Below, piece by piece: positions 10,342-20,073 of a stretch of DNA of 32,000 nucleotides (positions within the stretch are counted from its first letter, which is position 1; each line of letters begins with the position of its first letter). The stretch is from assembly GCF_000010065.1 (NCBI RefSeq), contig NC_006576.1:270001-302000 (forward strand). The letters run 5' to 3'. A program made the translations under genes and the position numbers. The stretch comes from Synechococcus elongatus PCC 6301. Its GTDB lineage: Bacteria > Cyanobacteriota > Cyanobacteriia > Synechococcales > Synechococcaceae. Under the pieces are notes generated by a model. That model was given only the letters and a program-made list of their open reading frames with translations. It was not told the origin of the DNA and did not search any database.

Positions 10342-12144
10342 TTGAACGATCTGTTTCGCCTCTGGTCTCACCTCGCGCCACGCCGACGGCGGCAGCTAAT
10401 TCTGTTGCAACTGCTGATTTTGGGTTCCAGTTTGGCGGAGCTAAGCAGTCTCGGGTCTATCCTGCCCTTTCTGACTGCTTTGGCCCAGCCCGAGCAATTA
10501 CTGCAGTATCGCTGGCTCCAACCGATCGCCCAGCGCCTCAGCATCGATAGTCCCAGAGAACTGATCCCTTGGGTGACGGGGGTGTTTGTTGCGACCGTCA
10601 TCATCAGTAATGGCCTACAGCTACTGACCCTAAACGTACGGGTGCGGCTAGCCTTCCGAATTGGCTCCGATCTCAGTCGAGCTGTGTTTCGCGGCATCCT
10701 TTACCAGCCCTATCCTTTCCATGTACGCCACAACAGCAGCAGCCTAATTGCGGAGATTACCCACGACGTCAATGGTGTGGTCTCCAGTGTGATTCAACCC
10801 CTGCTGCAACTCAATGCCAGTGTGGTGGTGATTGCAGCGTTGCTGACCGGGCTGTTACTCCTGACGCCTGAGTTGACGATTGCTGCAGCCTTAATTCTCG
10901 GTTCCACCTACAGTGCCGTCTATTGGCTCAATCGCCAACGCTTGCTCCGCTTTAGCCGCCTCAAATCTGAAAACTCGCGCCTTGTCCTCAAGATCCTGCA
11001 GGAGAGCTTGGGCGGTATCCGCGATGTTTTGCTGGATGGCAGTCAAGGTCTATTTGAGGATCTCTACCGCCGCTTCGACTACAACTATCGCCGCAGCCAA
11101 GAAGCTCGGATGCTGATTGCAGAGTCGCCGCGCTTCGTGATTACTGGGATCGCGATCGTCAGTATTGCCTTGATGGCCCAGATTTTAGCCAGCCAAGAAC
11201 GGGGATTTGCTGAGGCCTTACCGATTTTGGGAGGTTTTGCCCTCGGCTCCTATCGGCTGCTGTCGCCCTTACAGCAGGGATTCGCCGCGATCGCCACGAT
11301 CCGGTCCGATGCTATGGCCTTGAGTGCCGTGCTGACAGCCCTTGATCGCCCTTTACAGTCGTCCTCAACGGCAATCGCCCCGAGGCCCTTGACCCTAGAG
11401 CGATCGCTGCAATTTGAGTCTGTGCGTTTCCGCTATGGCGAGACAGGGCCTTGGATTCTCGATCAGCTCGACCTGACCATTCCGGCCTGTAGCACGGTGG
11501 CTTTTGTTGGCAGTACTGGCAGCGGCAAGAGCACCACCGCCGATTTAATTCTGGGATTGTTACAACCCGTTGAAGGCACGATTTGGATTGATGACCGCCC
11601 CCTGCAGTCCCCCGAGACGATTCGTGCTTGGCAACAGGCGATCGCCCATGTTCCTCAGTCGATTTTTCTGGCGGATGGCACGATCGCTGAGAACATTGCC
11701 TTTGGCATTCCTCCCAAACGGATTGATCGCGATCGCGTCAGGCAGGCTGCTGAGTGGGCACAGATTGCTGAGTTTATCGAGGCGCTACCGCGAGGCTACG
11801 ACGAAGCGATCGGTGAGCGTGGGGTTCGACTGAGCGGCGGTCAGCGGCAACGGATTGGCATTGCCCGGGCTCTCTATCGCCGTGCCTCCGTTTTAGTACT
11901 GGATGAGGCTACAAGCGCCTTGGACAATGCGACTGAAAGTGCCGTCATGGCAGCGTTGCAAGAACTCAGCCGCAATCTCACCGTTATCTTGATTGCTCAC
12001 CGCCTTTCGACAGTCGAGCGCTGCGATCGCATTTTTGAATTTTCTCAAGGCAAAGTGATCGCGAGCGGTACCTATGCGGAACTTCTGGAGCGATCGACCT
12101 CTTTCCAACGCTTAGCGCAGCACGATAGTGATTCTCTGGGATGA
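10342..12144 (+). CDS. ABC exporter, fused transmembrane and ATPase domains (MsbA/HlyB-like)
   Basis: 600 aa; Walker A '[18 protein letters not shown]', signature '[32 protein letters not shown]', preceded by a multi-TM region. TTG start in the track. Confidence 0.88.
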   Translation: MNDLFRLWSHLAPRRRRQLILLQLLILGSSLAELSSLGSILPFLTALAQPEQLLQYRWLQPIAQRLSIDSPRELIPWVTGVFVATVIISNGLQLLTLNVRVRLAFRIGSDLSRAVFRGILYQPYPFHVRHNSSSLIAEITHDVNGVVSSVIQPLLQLNASVVVIAALLTGLLLLTPELTIAAALILGSTYSAVYWLNRQRLLRFSRLKSENSRLVLKILQESLGGIRDVLLDGSQGLFEDLYRRFDYNYRRSQEARMLIAESPRFVITGIAIVSIALMAQILASQERGFAEALPILGGFALGSYRLLSPLQQGFAAIATIRSDAMALSAVLTALDRPLQSSSTAIAPRPLTLERSLQFESVRFRYGETGPWILDQLDLTIPACSTVAFVGSTGSGKSTTADLILGLLQPVEGTIWIDDRPLQSPETIRAWQQAIAHVPQSIFLADGTIAENIAFGIPPKRIDRDRVRQAAEWAQIAEFIEALPRGYDEAIGERGVRLSGGQRQRIGIARALYRRASVLVLDEATSALDNATESAVMAALQELSRNLTVILIAHRLSTVERCDRIFEFSQGKVIASGTYAELLERSTSFQRLAQHDSDSLG

Positions 12145-12221
12145 AGCGAGGATCAACGAACCAGCCATCCGTGACACATGGCAGGAATTAAGATTATTAG
12201 GACATGTGCGAGGAGAGAAGG

Positions 12222-12687
12222 ATGCCGGCAGCCTACAGCAATGACCTGAGGGAGAAAGCGCTAGCAGCCGTCGCAGCAGGGGAGCGCAAAAGTCACGTCA
12301 GTCAGATATTCAACATCAGTCGCAACACCTTGGACCTGTGGATAAAACGCAAAGCTGAGACCGGCAGCGTCTCACCCCGTCGTTCTCGCCCCGGTCCTGC
12401 AGGAAAGATTAGAGACCTTGAAGCTTTTCGAACCTTTGTCGAGCAGCATGGTCATCTCACCCAAGAGCAAATGGCTGCACTCTGGCCAGAGCCCATCAGT
12501 AGTCAAACCTTGGGTCGTGCCTTGAAACGGATTGGGTTTACGCGCAAAAAAGAGTTACGGCTACCGCGAACGAGATGACCAGCAGAGAGAAGCGCTCATA
12601 GAAGCTAGCTCCAGCTATAGCGAAGCAGAGGGGGTCACCATCGATAAAGCCAGAGTGGATGACACCCAAGACTACCGATGGGGATAG
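12222..12687 (+). pseudogene. IS630-type transposase remnant, frame-disrupted and 3'-truncated
   Basis: Frame A (ORF 12204..12578): MPAAYSNDLREKALAAVAAGERKSHVSQIFNISRNTLDLWIKRKAETG...IGFTRKK; the family-like sequence continues in the +1 frame from 12553 as SYGYRERDDQQREALIEASSSYSEAEGVTIDKARVDDTQDYRWG*. The switch is at an A6 tract (12546-12551). Confidence 0.8.
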
Positions 12688-12752
12688 ACCGTCCAATTGT
12701 CCTAACCTGCTTGCAGCAAGGACATTGCATGGAGTGGAGCCTATCCATCTGC

Positions 12753-13724
12753 TTAAACCCCGACGACCGGCTGAGGGGCATCCAACTCCGGATCGGTGGT
12801 GGTTGATTCAGGGATTTGGATATCTGCCGCAATCCGCTGGCTTTCGGTCAACAGGTAGTCCAAGAAAGTGGCCGCGACGGTTGAGAGCTGCTTGCCTGCT
12901 GGATATACGGCGTGCCACTGACGATGGATGGGGAAACCTTCTACCTCAAACATCTTCAGCTCCGGCGTAGCTCCGGCTGAAGTCAGGGTGTGATAAGAGA
13001 GTACCGCTAGGCCCAAGCCACCTAAAATTGCCTGCTTGATCGCCTCATTGCTGCCGAGGTCAAGTTTGACGTTCAAATTGAGGTTATGAGCTGCAAACAG
13101 CTGTTCTGTCGCTTCGCGGGTGCCCGAACCACGTTCACGCAAGATGAAAGGCTCTTGCGCCAAACGCTCTAGGGAGATTCCCCGTTGGTTGGCCAGCGGG
13201 TGGGAGGCTGGCCCAACGACCACGAGGGGATTATCGAGAAATGGTTGCACAGTAATATCAAAGCCGCTCGGTGGACGGCTGAGTACGTAGAGATCATCAA
13301 GGTTGTCATTGATGCGATTGATCAAACCTTCGTGATTCGTCACTTTAAGGGAGACATTAATGCCGGGATAGCGCTGGCAAAAGGGTCCAATCAAGCGCGG
13401 GATAAAGTACTTGGCCGTGGTGATCACTGCTAGGCGCAGTTGACCTTGTTTCATGCCTTGCAGGTCCGCGATCGTCATGTCGAGCTGTTCCAATTGCTCA
13501 AACACCTGTCGCGTTGTTTTGTAGAGCTGACGCCCTGCCTCAGTCAGGTAAAGTCGCTTGCCGATTTGCTCGAACAGTGGCAAACCAACGGCCTTTGTCA
13601 GCTGCTTGACCTGAATGGAGACTGTTGGCTGAGTGAGATAGAGCTCCTCGGCTGCGCGCGTGAAGCTACTATGGCGAGCAGCGGCCTCAAACACTTTGAG
13701 TTGGTGCAGCGTTAGATTTTTCAC
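12753..13724 (-). CDS. cmpR: LysR-family regulator, CmpR/CcmR (NdhR)-like (inorganic carbon regulation)
   Basis: N-terminal HTH 'LTLHQLKVFEAAARHSSFTRAAEELYLTQPTVSIQVKQLTKAVGLPLFEQIGKRLYLTEAG', followed by a LysR substrate domain; GTG start. LysR assignment is strong; the CmpR versus CcmR subtype is less certain. Confidence 0.7.
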   Translation of the reverse strand: MKNLTLHQLKVFEAAARHSSFTRAAEELYLTQPTVSIQVKQLTKAVGLPLFEQIGKRLYLTEAGRQLYKTTRQVFEQLEQLDMTIADLQGMKQGQLRLAVITTAKYFIPRLIGPFCQRYPGINVSLKVTNHEGLINRINDNLDDLYVLSRPPSGFDITVQPFLDNPLVVVGPASHPLANQRGISLERLAQEPFILRERGSGTREATEQLFAAHNLNLNVKLDLGSNEAIKQAILGGLGLAVLSYHTLTSAGATPELKMFEVEGFPIHRQWHAVYPAGKQLSTVAATFLDYLLTESQRIAADIQIPESTTTDPELDAPQPVVGV

Positions 13725-13742
13725 AACTCAAATCACCATTCA

Positions 13743-13758
13743 ATAGATTTAAGTCTAT
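13743..13758. promoter_or_regulatory. Near-palindrome upstream of the LysR gene, candidate autoregulatory site
   Basis: ATAGATTTAAGTCTAT (7 of 8 half-site positions symmetric) in an AT-rich region 19-34 nt upstream of the GTG at 13724. Confidence 0.45.
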
Positions 13759-13794
13759 CTTTAATTCGTTGTTTTTAGAATTTTCTCTATATAT

Positions 13795-14727
13795 CTACGA
13801 CATAAGCAAAGTCGATGATTGGCGATCGCTGGAGGGTTGTAACGGAGCAATGCCTGCCTGATCGAGAATGGCTGGAATCAAGTCTTCTCTCCGCACCGCC
13901 ATTAAGTGCACGCCTTGACAGAGTTGCTGCGCCCAACGAACCTGTTCAGCCGCGTTCGCAATCCCTTCCGCCAATGGATCCGCTGCCGCTGCGAGGCGAT
14001 CGATGATCGTCTGGGGAATCTGCACCCCTGGCACATTGCGGTTGATAAACTCCGCATTCTTAGCGGACTTGAGTAGAAAAATACCGGCCAGTACTGGGCG
14101 ACCGCTAGGCCGTGCAATCTGCTCCATGAAGCGATCGAGGCGATCGAAATCACAAATTAGCTGACTCTGGAAGAACTGCGCGCCAGCGTCTACCTTGCGC
14201 CAGAACCGGCGCTCTAGTCCGGACCAGCTCTTCAGTTGCGGATCGACAGCTGCACCCACAAACAGATCACTAGCGCCATCGGGCAAGGATTTCTCGTGGA
14301 TATCCAGTCCGCTGTTCAGCTTTTGGATGAGCTGCAGCAAGCGGACAGACTCTAGCTCAAACACTGCCCGGGCTTCGGGACTGTCACCCGCCTTCACCGG
14401 ATCGCCAGTCAACGCCAGAATGTTGTCCAGACCCAGCGCTTGTGCTCCCAACAAATCCGCTTGCAGGGCAATACGATTGCGATCGCGGCAGGCAAACTGG
14501 CAGATCGGTTCAATCCCCTGTTGACGCAGGAGCGCTGTGGCAGCCAAAGCAGACATGCGCATGACGGCCCGACTGCCATCGGTAATGTTGATGGCATGAA
14601 CCCGCGATCGCAGCAATTCGGCATGAGCCAACATTCCGCTGGGATCGGCACCTTTGGGCGGCGCTACCTCAGCGGTGATTAAAAACTCACCGGCGGCGAC
14701 CGCTTCCCGAAAACGACGCATGTTCAT
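13795..14727 (-). CDS. Methylenetetrahydrofolate reductase-like protein
   Basis: 310 aa; 'FLITAEVAPPKGADPSGMLAHAELLRSRVHAINITDGSRAVMRMS', 'GLDNILALTGDPVKAGD', consistent with the MTHFR/MetF TIM-barrel family. Confidence 0.85.
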   Translation of the reverse strand: MNMRRFREAVAAGEFLITAEVAPPKGADPSGMLAHAELLRSRVHAINITDGSRAVMRMSALAATALLRQQGIEPICQFACRDRNRIALQADLLGAQALGLDNILALTGDPVKAGDSPEARAVFELESVRLLQLIQKLNSGLDIHEKSLPDGASDLFVGAAVDPQLKSWSGLERRFWRKVDAGAQFFQSQLICDFDRLDRFMEQIARPSGRPVLAGIFLLKSAKNAEFINRNVPGVQIPQTIIDRLAAAADPLAEGIANAAEQVRWAQQLCQGVHLMAVRREDLIPAILDQAGIAPLQPSSDRQSSTLLMS

Positions 14728-15737
14728 GCCACGGGCCGACTAAAACCAAGGGCATCTTGGACACGGCGCAATGTAGCATTTGCCACTTCACTGGCCCGTT
14801 CTCGGCCTTGCTTCAGCACACTATCCAGGTAGCCCGGCTCCGATCGCACTTCTTCGTATTTGGTCTGGATCGGACGCAGGGCTTCGATCGCCGCTTCTGC
14901 CAACAGCGGCTTGAATTGCCCCCAGCCCATGTCGGCACATTCTGCGGCAACAGTCTCGCGACTACGGCCACTCAGGATCGCGTAGAGGCTCAACAGGTTA
15001 TTGCACTCGGGGCGATCGGGGTTGTCGAACTCCAGCCCACGCTGGGGATCGGTCTTACAACGCTTGACCTTCTTCTCAATCAACTCGGGCGGATCGAGCA
15101 AGTTGATCCGGCTTAGTTCAGTCGGATCGGACTTCGACATTTTCTTGGTGCCATCGGTCAGACTCATCACCCGCGCACCTGCCTTGGGAATCAATGGCTC
15201 CGGCAATTTAAAGATCGGGGTGTCATCACGACCGAACAGGTGATTGATGCGAACCGCAATGTCGCGGGTCAACTCCAAGTGTTGCTTTTGGTCTTCGCCC
15301 ACCGGCACGCGATCGGCATCGTAGAGCAGAATATCTGCTGCCATCAGCACGGGGTAATCCAAGAGCCCCGTCGAGACGTTCTCACCCTGTTTCAGCGCTT
15401 TTTCTTTGAACTGGATCATCCCCTCTAGCCAGTTAAGTGGAGTGATGCAATTCAGGAGCCAAGTGAGCTCACTGTGTGCAGGCACATGAGACTGGACAAA
15501 AATGGTGGAGCAGCTCAGGTCAATCCCGCAGGCGAGATAGAGCGCCGCCGTCCGATAGGTGTTTTCGGCTAAGCTAGCGGCCTCATGCGGCACCGTGATC
15601 GCATGCAGATCAACCACACAGAAAAAGTTGTCGTACTGCTGTTGGCCTTCGACCCAATTGCGAATCGCCCCGAGATAGTTGCCGAGGTGCAAGTTGCCGG
15701 TCGGTTGAACGCCGGAAAGAACGCGGGGCTTCCCCAT
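14724..15737 (-). CDS. trpS: Tryptophanyl-tRNA synthetase
   Basis: 'MGKPRVLSGVQPTGNLHLGNYLGAI' and 'KKMSKSDP' class I signatures; ORF opens at 15791, internal ATG at 15737 preferred. Confidence 0.95.
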   Translation of the reverse strand: MGKPRVLSGVQPTGNLHLGNYLGAIRNWVEGQQQYDNFFCVVDLHAITVPHEAASLAENTYRTAALYLACGIDLSCSTIFVQSHVPAHSELTWLLNCITPLNWLEGMIQFKEKALKQGENVSTGLLDYPVLMAADILLYDADRVPVGEDQKQHLELTRDIAVRINHLFGRDDTPIFKLPEPLIPKAGARVMSLTDGTKKMSKSDPTELSRINLLDPPELIEKKVKRCKTDPQRGLEFDNPDRPECNNLLSLYAILSGRSRETVAAECADMGWGQFKPLLAEAAIEALRPIQTKYEEVRSEPGYLDSVLKQGRERASEVANATLRRVQDALGFSRPVA

Positions 15738-15803
15738 GGGGCAGGCAGAGTCCAAATGGCTACAAAGGACTATTGTGCCTGAGGATTTCACTGCACCCGC
15801 ACC

Positions 15804-16619
15804 TTAGTCTTGCTGGCTGGCAAACTGCTTAGCACCCAAGGCTGCCAAACTCGTGGCCAACAGCACCAGAATCAGCAAGCTGTACCAAGGGTAATTGGCG
15901 GGATTGTAGGCCGCTGCTCGCAGCCCCAAGTTGGTGTACGTCAGGGGCATCAGGTAGACCGCTGCTTTGAGAACGATCGGCAGTTGCGCCGGATCAAAGA
16001 AGGTCGCACCCAAGAAGGACATCGGCACGATTAAGAAGTTGTTGTAGAGACCCACGGTTTCCAAGGACTTGACTCGCAAGCCGACCAAGACACCAATTCC
16101 GGCAAAAGTGGCGCAGTTGAGTACCAACGTCAGCAAGAACAGGGGGTTCAGGAAGCCCCAACTGCCAGTCGCCAGAATTGCGATCGCTAGCAGCGAAACC
16201 GAAGTCAGCAGCCCACGCACGACGCCCGCGATCATTTTGCCGATGTGCAGCGCCAGCGGATGAACTGGGAGGAGCAGTGTTTCTTCAAAAGTTTTGCTGA
16301 ATAGTCGCTCGCCGCAGATCGAAAAAGTGGTGCCGCCAAAGCTAATCGCCATCGACGACAGCGCCACCATGCCTGGCAGGATGAATTCTAAGTAGCTGTT
16401 GTAGCCGCTAGGCAGCCCAGAACCTGGACGCAGGGAACTCCCCAGGCCAAAGCCAAAAGCCACGATATAGATCAATGGTGAGACCAAACCAGAGGAAACA
16501 ATCTGGGTAATGCGCACCCGGAGATCGAGCCAGTCTCCCCAGAAGACGGTCAGGCTGTCTTGCCAAATCAAAGCCAAGGGCGATCGCGGCGCTGCAGTCG
16601 AAGCGAGGAGACTACTCAT
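15804..16619 (-). CDS. ABC-2 type transporter permease
   Basis: 271 aa with several hydrophobic segments; 'LEFILPGMVALSSMAISFGGTTFSICGERLFSKTFEETLLLPVHPLALHIGKM' fits the ABC-2 permease family. Confidence 0.8.
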   Translation of the reverse strand: MSSLLASTAAPRSPLALIWQDSLTVFWGDWLDLRVRITQIVSSGLVSPLIYIVAFGFGLGSSLRPGSGLPSGYNSYLEFILPGMVALSSMAISFGGTTFSICGERLFSKTFEETLLLPVHPLALHIGKMIAGVVRGLLTSVSLLAIAILATGSWGFLNPLFLLTLVLNCATFAGIGVLVGLRVKSLETVGLYNNFLIVPMSFLGATFFDPAQLPIVLKAAVYLMPLTYTNLGLRAAAYNPANYPWYSLLILVLLATSLAALGAKQFASQQD

Positions 16620-16717
16620 GAGGTTCAGGGAACAATCGTGCTAAACCAGTACTCAGATCAGGATACGGTGCGTTCTTGGCCGCACCTCTCACTCTGCAGT
16701 TGCCAACGAGGCTTTGC

Positions 16718-17278
16718 ATGCGTCGCCGTCCTTCCCCTCCTTCCTACCCCAGCCGCTACTCGGAGCCGCCGAGCCGCCCGCCTCAGCAGCCCCAGAACAA
16801 AAATCCTTTCGACTTGATGACCTTGTCGATTCTAGGTGGTGTGCTGATCATCGGAATCGGGATTGGCTCGGTGATTACGTCCAACCTAAGCTTCTCGCCA
16901 GAGAACGTCGTTTCGCGGGAAGCCTTAGATCAGCAGGCTCCCGATCGCGATATCTGTGTGCAGTACGGTGCCAGTGCTGTCGCGATGGACATGCGCGTCT
17001 TTATGACCCTCAATCCGTTTAGCGTCTATGTGTCGCAGCCGGTGATGCAGCCGGGTTGTGTGATTCGGCGGAATAACTGGGCCGTGCTCGAGCAACAGGG
17101 AGCCGTCAGCGGAAACGATGTGCGCGACTGCAAAAACCGGATGAATACCTTTGCCTATACAGGGACGCTGCGCAGCAAACCGGCTGTGAATTGCGTCTAT
17201 CAAAACGACGCTGCTCAGAACCTCTTCCTCTCGCCGGGTGGGGCCGAGCAATCGCCTAACGAAAGCAACCAGTTCTAA
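16718..17278 (+). CDS. DUF3172-like cyanobacterial membrane-anchored protein
   Basis: Proline-rich N-terminus, one TM segment 'LMTLSILGGVLIIGIGIGSVIT', 'DICVQYGASAVAMDMRVFMTLNPFSVYVSQPVMQPGCVIRRNNWAVLEQ'. ORF opens at 16676; ATG at 16718 (MRRRPSPP) preferred. Confidence 0.6.
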   Translation: MRRRPSPPSYPSRYSEPPSRPPQQPQNKNPFDLMTLSILGGVLIIGIGIGSVITSNLSFSPENVVSREALDQQAPDRDICVQYGASAVAMDMRVFMTLNPFSVYVSQPVMQPGCVIRRNNWAVLEQQGAVSGNDVRDCKNRMNTFAYTGTLRSKPAVNCVYQNDAAQNLFLSPGGAEQSPNESNQF

Positions 17279-17355
17279 AGCGGCAGCTGAGGTTTAATGC
17301 AAGGGGCTATTGCCCCTTGTCTGCTTTTGAGACTTGTGAGACCTGCGATCGCTCC

Positions 17356-18966
17356 ATGACTCTTCTGTCCATCGATCAACTTTCGGTGACCTATCCGGGC
17401 TCAGAGCAACCGGCTCTCCAGCAGCTATCGCTGGAGCTAGCTGCGGGTGAACGCTTGGGGTTAGTCGGTGAGTCAGGGTGCGGCAAGAGTACGCTGGGGC
17501 GCGCCATTCTGCGATTGTTACCGCCCGGCAGCCACCAGCAAGGAGACATTCGCCTCGCGGGGCAAGCACTCGGTCAACTTCAGGGGCGATCGCTCCAACG
17601 GTTCCGTGGCGGCCAAGTAGGGCTGGTCTTCCAAGATCCGATGACGCGCCTCGATCCGCTGCAGACGATTGGCGATCACCTGCTAGAAACGCTACAAGTC
17701 CACCGACCACACCTCAGCCGCCGCCAAGCCAAACAGCAGGCTCTGAGCTGGCTTGAACGAGTACGGATTCCTGCCAATCGCTGGTCCCAGTATCCGCATC
17801 AGTTTAGTGGCGGCATGCGGCAACGCGTGGCGATCGCGCTGGCTCTCCTCTTGCAACCGCGTCTCGTGGTTGCTGATGAGCCCACCACTAGTTTGGATGT
17901 GACGGTCGCGGCGGAAATTTTGCAGGAGCTGACGCGCCTCTGTAGCGAAGAAAATACCAGTCTGCTGCTGATTTCCCACGATTTACCAATGGTGGCCGCT
18001 TACTGCGATCGCATTGCAGTGCTTTATCAAGGGCAATTGGTGGAAACTGGTCCAACCACAGCCGTGCTGACTCGGCCTCAGCATCCCTATACGCAAACCC
18101 TGCTGCAATCTGCCCGAGCTGCGATCGCGTCATCCCCATCAACGCTTCCTGCCACCACACCGCTGCTGCAACTAGAGAACGTCACCCAACATTTTCGTGT
18201 TGCTCAATCTTGGCTGCAGGGCTGGCGCGGCGGTGGTGAGATTGTGCGGGCAGTAGATGGCCTGAGTTTAGAAGTCTGGCCCGGCGAAACCCTCGGACTG
18301 ATTGGGGAATCAGGCTGCGGTAAAAGCACGTTGTTGCGTACCATCCTGCAACTCCTTCGTCCCAGTCAGGGTAAAGTGCTGTTTCAAGGGCAGGATCTGA
18401 CGCAATTGCCCGATCGCCGTCTGCGATCGCTGCGGCGTGAACTGCAGCTGATCTTTCAAGATCCGGCGGCTTGCCTCAACCCTCGCCTCACGATTGGCGA
18501 TGCAATCGCCGATCCCCTCAAGATTCAAGGGCTGGCTCGCGGCGCTGCGGCCAAGCAACAAGTGCTGGCGATTTTGGAACAGGTCGGTCTGACGCCCGCT
18601 CCCACTTGGGTCGATCGCTATCCCCATCAACTCTCCGGTGGACAGCAACAGCGAGTTGCGATCGCCCGAGCGTTGATTACCCGCCCCAAACTTGTCCTCT
18701 GCGATGAGCCGGTCAGCATGTTAGATGCCACGGTACAGGCTCAAGTGCTTGCGCTCATGCAGGAACTGAAGCAGCAACTCAACCTCACTTACTTATTTGT
18801 CACGCATGACCTACGGGTAGCGCGGGAATTTTGCGATCGTGTCGCGGTTTTGCAGCGCGGGAAAATCGTCGAAATTGGCCCTGCTGCCCAGGTGTTGACA
18901 CAACCTGAACATCCCTACACGCGATCGCTGCTGGCTTCGCTACCGGAGTTGCCGATCGCAATTTGA
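17356..18966 (+). CDS. ABC transporter with two tandem ATPase domains (dipeptide/oligopeptide/nickel type)
   Basis: Two Walker A motifs (GESGCGKSTLGRAIL and GESGCGKSTLLRTIL), two signatures (FSGGMRQRVAIALAL and LSGGQQQRVAIARAL), 'HPYTQTLL' and 'HPYTRSLL' tails typical of DppD/DppF fusions. Confidence 0.9.
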   Translation: MTLLSIDQLSVTYPGSEQPALQQLSLELAAGERLGLVGESGCGKSTLGRAILRLLPPGSHQQGDIRLAGQALGQLQGRSLQRFRGGQVGLVFQDPMTRLDPLQTIGDHLLETLQVHRPHLSRRQAKQQALSWLERVRIPANRWSQYPHQFSGGMRQRVAIALALLLQPRLVVADEPTTSLDVTVAAEILQELTRLCSEENTSLLLISHDLPMVAAYCDRIAVLYQGQLVETGPTTAVLTRPQHPYTQTLLQSARAAIASSPSTLPATTPLLQLENVTQHFRVAQSWLQGWRGGGEIVRAVDGLSLEVWPGETLGLIGESGCGKSTLLRTILQLLRPSQGKVLFQGQDLTQLPDRRLRSLRRELQLIFQDPAACLNPRLTIGDAIADPLKIQGLARGAAAKQQVLAILEQVGLTPAPTWVDRYPHQLSGGQQQRVAIARALITRPKLVLCDEPVSMLDATVQAQVLALMQELKQQLNLTYLFVTHDLRVAREFCDRVAVLQRGKIVEIGPAAQVLTQPEHPYTRSLLASLPELPIAI

Positions 18967-19061
18967 ACTCGAAGTTACATCTTTGGGGATCAACGCTGGT
19001 AGTATCTTTGCCAGCTCTCGCGACTCAGGGTCAGCATTAACCACTTTGTATTCTGAGGTTT

Positions 19062-19640
19062 ATGGCAATGCCGCCAGCTACAACGGATAAGACAACTGCT
19101 CGCTTTCGTCCAGCCTCTGATTTCCCTCGTTCGATCACCGGCTTGAAACAGGAGAAGGCTGAGGCGATCTACTTAGAGCTGCGTGACTGTCTCATTTTCA
19201 CTAACCGTAGTCGTGGCCAACTGACTCGGCGCAATCAGGAATACAAAAACAAAGCGATGCAGCTGCAGTCGGATGTGCAGCGCCTTCAATCCCTGATTGA
19301 AAAGTTGGAAGTTGACAAGCTTCAGATCGAAGCCAGTAAGCGGCAAGTCATTTCCGAGCTACAGGCTGAATTTGCTACTGTCTCCCAACATCTTGATGAG
19401 CTATCAAGTGCCTTTGATGAGATTCAAGATTTTGAGAACTTACTCAAGAGCCCTACAGGCTTGATTAGTGCTACACCTCGCTTGATTAAATTTCTGCGCC
19501 GGATTGTCACCATCGTGCGCTTTTGGCGGCGACCTGATGATTCCCAACCAACCCTGACAGGCACGGAGCAGGATCGTCGCGATCGCCCGCAGATGTACGA
19601 CGATCCCGAATCCAATGGGCGTTCGCTCCTCGATCGCTAG
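19062..19640 (+). CDS. Conserved hypothetical coiled-coil protein
   Basis: 192 aa, 'NKAMQLQSDVQRLQSLIEKLEVDKLQIEASKRQVISELQAEFATVSQHLDELSSAFDEI'; same strand as and 9 nt from the next ORF. Confidence 0.65.
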   Translation: MAMPPATTDKTTARFRPASDFPRSITGLKQEKAEAIYLELRDCLIFTNRSRGQLTRRNQEYKNKAMQLQSDVQRLQSLIEKLEVDKLQIEASKRQVISELQAEFATVSQHLDELSSAFDEIQDFENLLKSPTGLISATPRLIKFLRRIVTIVRFWRRPDDSQPTLTGTEQDRRDRPQMYDDPESNGRSLLDR

Positions 19641-19649
19641 GATTGAACG

Positions 19650-20048
19650 ATGGGCAAAGCAAAACTTCAGCGGCTACTGGGAGAACTCGAGGCGGTTCAA
19701 CTCTCCGATCGCCAGAATGCAGCAGCGATCTATACGGTAGCCACCGTGGCCGTCCAAAAGTTGAAAGAGCAAGCTGTTGCCCCGCCAGTGCCTGCTTTGC
19801 CCGAGGCTGCTCCTGTCGATTTTTCAGCGTTCAAACAGCAGTTCGTTGACCACAAAGCTTGTCGGCAATGGTTGAAAGGGCAGGGAGTTCAATTTGCCAA
19901 AACACCAAGCTGGGAAGACCTCTATCAGAGTTGGCGATACCTCCTGGCAGTCCAGCCAGCTCTGACAACAACCTTGCAAACTCATCCGTTACCGGCATCG
20001 GCAAAGCTCACGATTGCCCCTCACACTCTGCTGGAAAGTCTGGACTAG
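19650..20048 (+). CDS. Conserved hypothetical protein
   Basis: 132 aa ORF immediately downstream of 19062..19640, consistent with an operon; no family recognised. Confidence 0.6.
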   Translation: MGKAKLQRLLGELEAVQLSDRQNAAAIYTVATVAVQKLKEQAVAPPVPALPEAAPVDFSAFKQQFVDHKACRQWLKGQGVQFAKTPSWEDLYQSWRYLLAVQPALTTTLQTHPLPASAKLTIAPHTLLESLD

Positions 20049-20073
20049 CCCAGGCTGGTAGCTACAGTTGAGG

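Noticed and set aside
12659-12970. 103-aa + strand ORF between the transposase remnant and the LysR gene
   Set aside because: Mostly antisense to the LysR C-terminus; its N-terminal part is the degraded IS region read in a non-homologous frame.
17294-17710. 138-aa - strand ORF overlapping the dual-ATPase ABC gene
   Set aside because: Overlaps the first Walker A region of a well-supported gene and has low-complexity peptide sequence.
18310-18648. 112-aa - strand ORF opposite the second ATPase domain
   Set aside because: Shadow ORF antisense to conserved ABC motifs.
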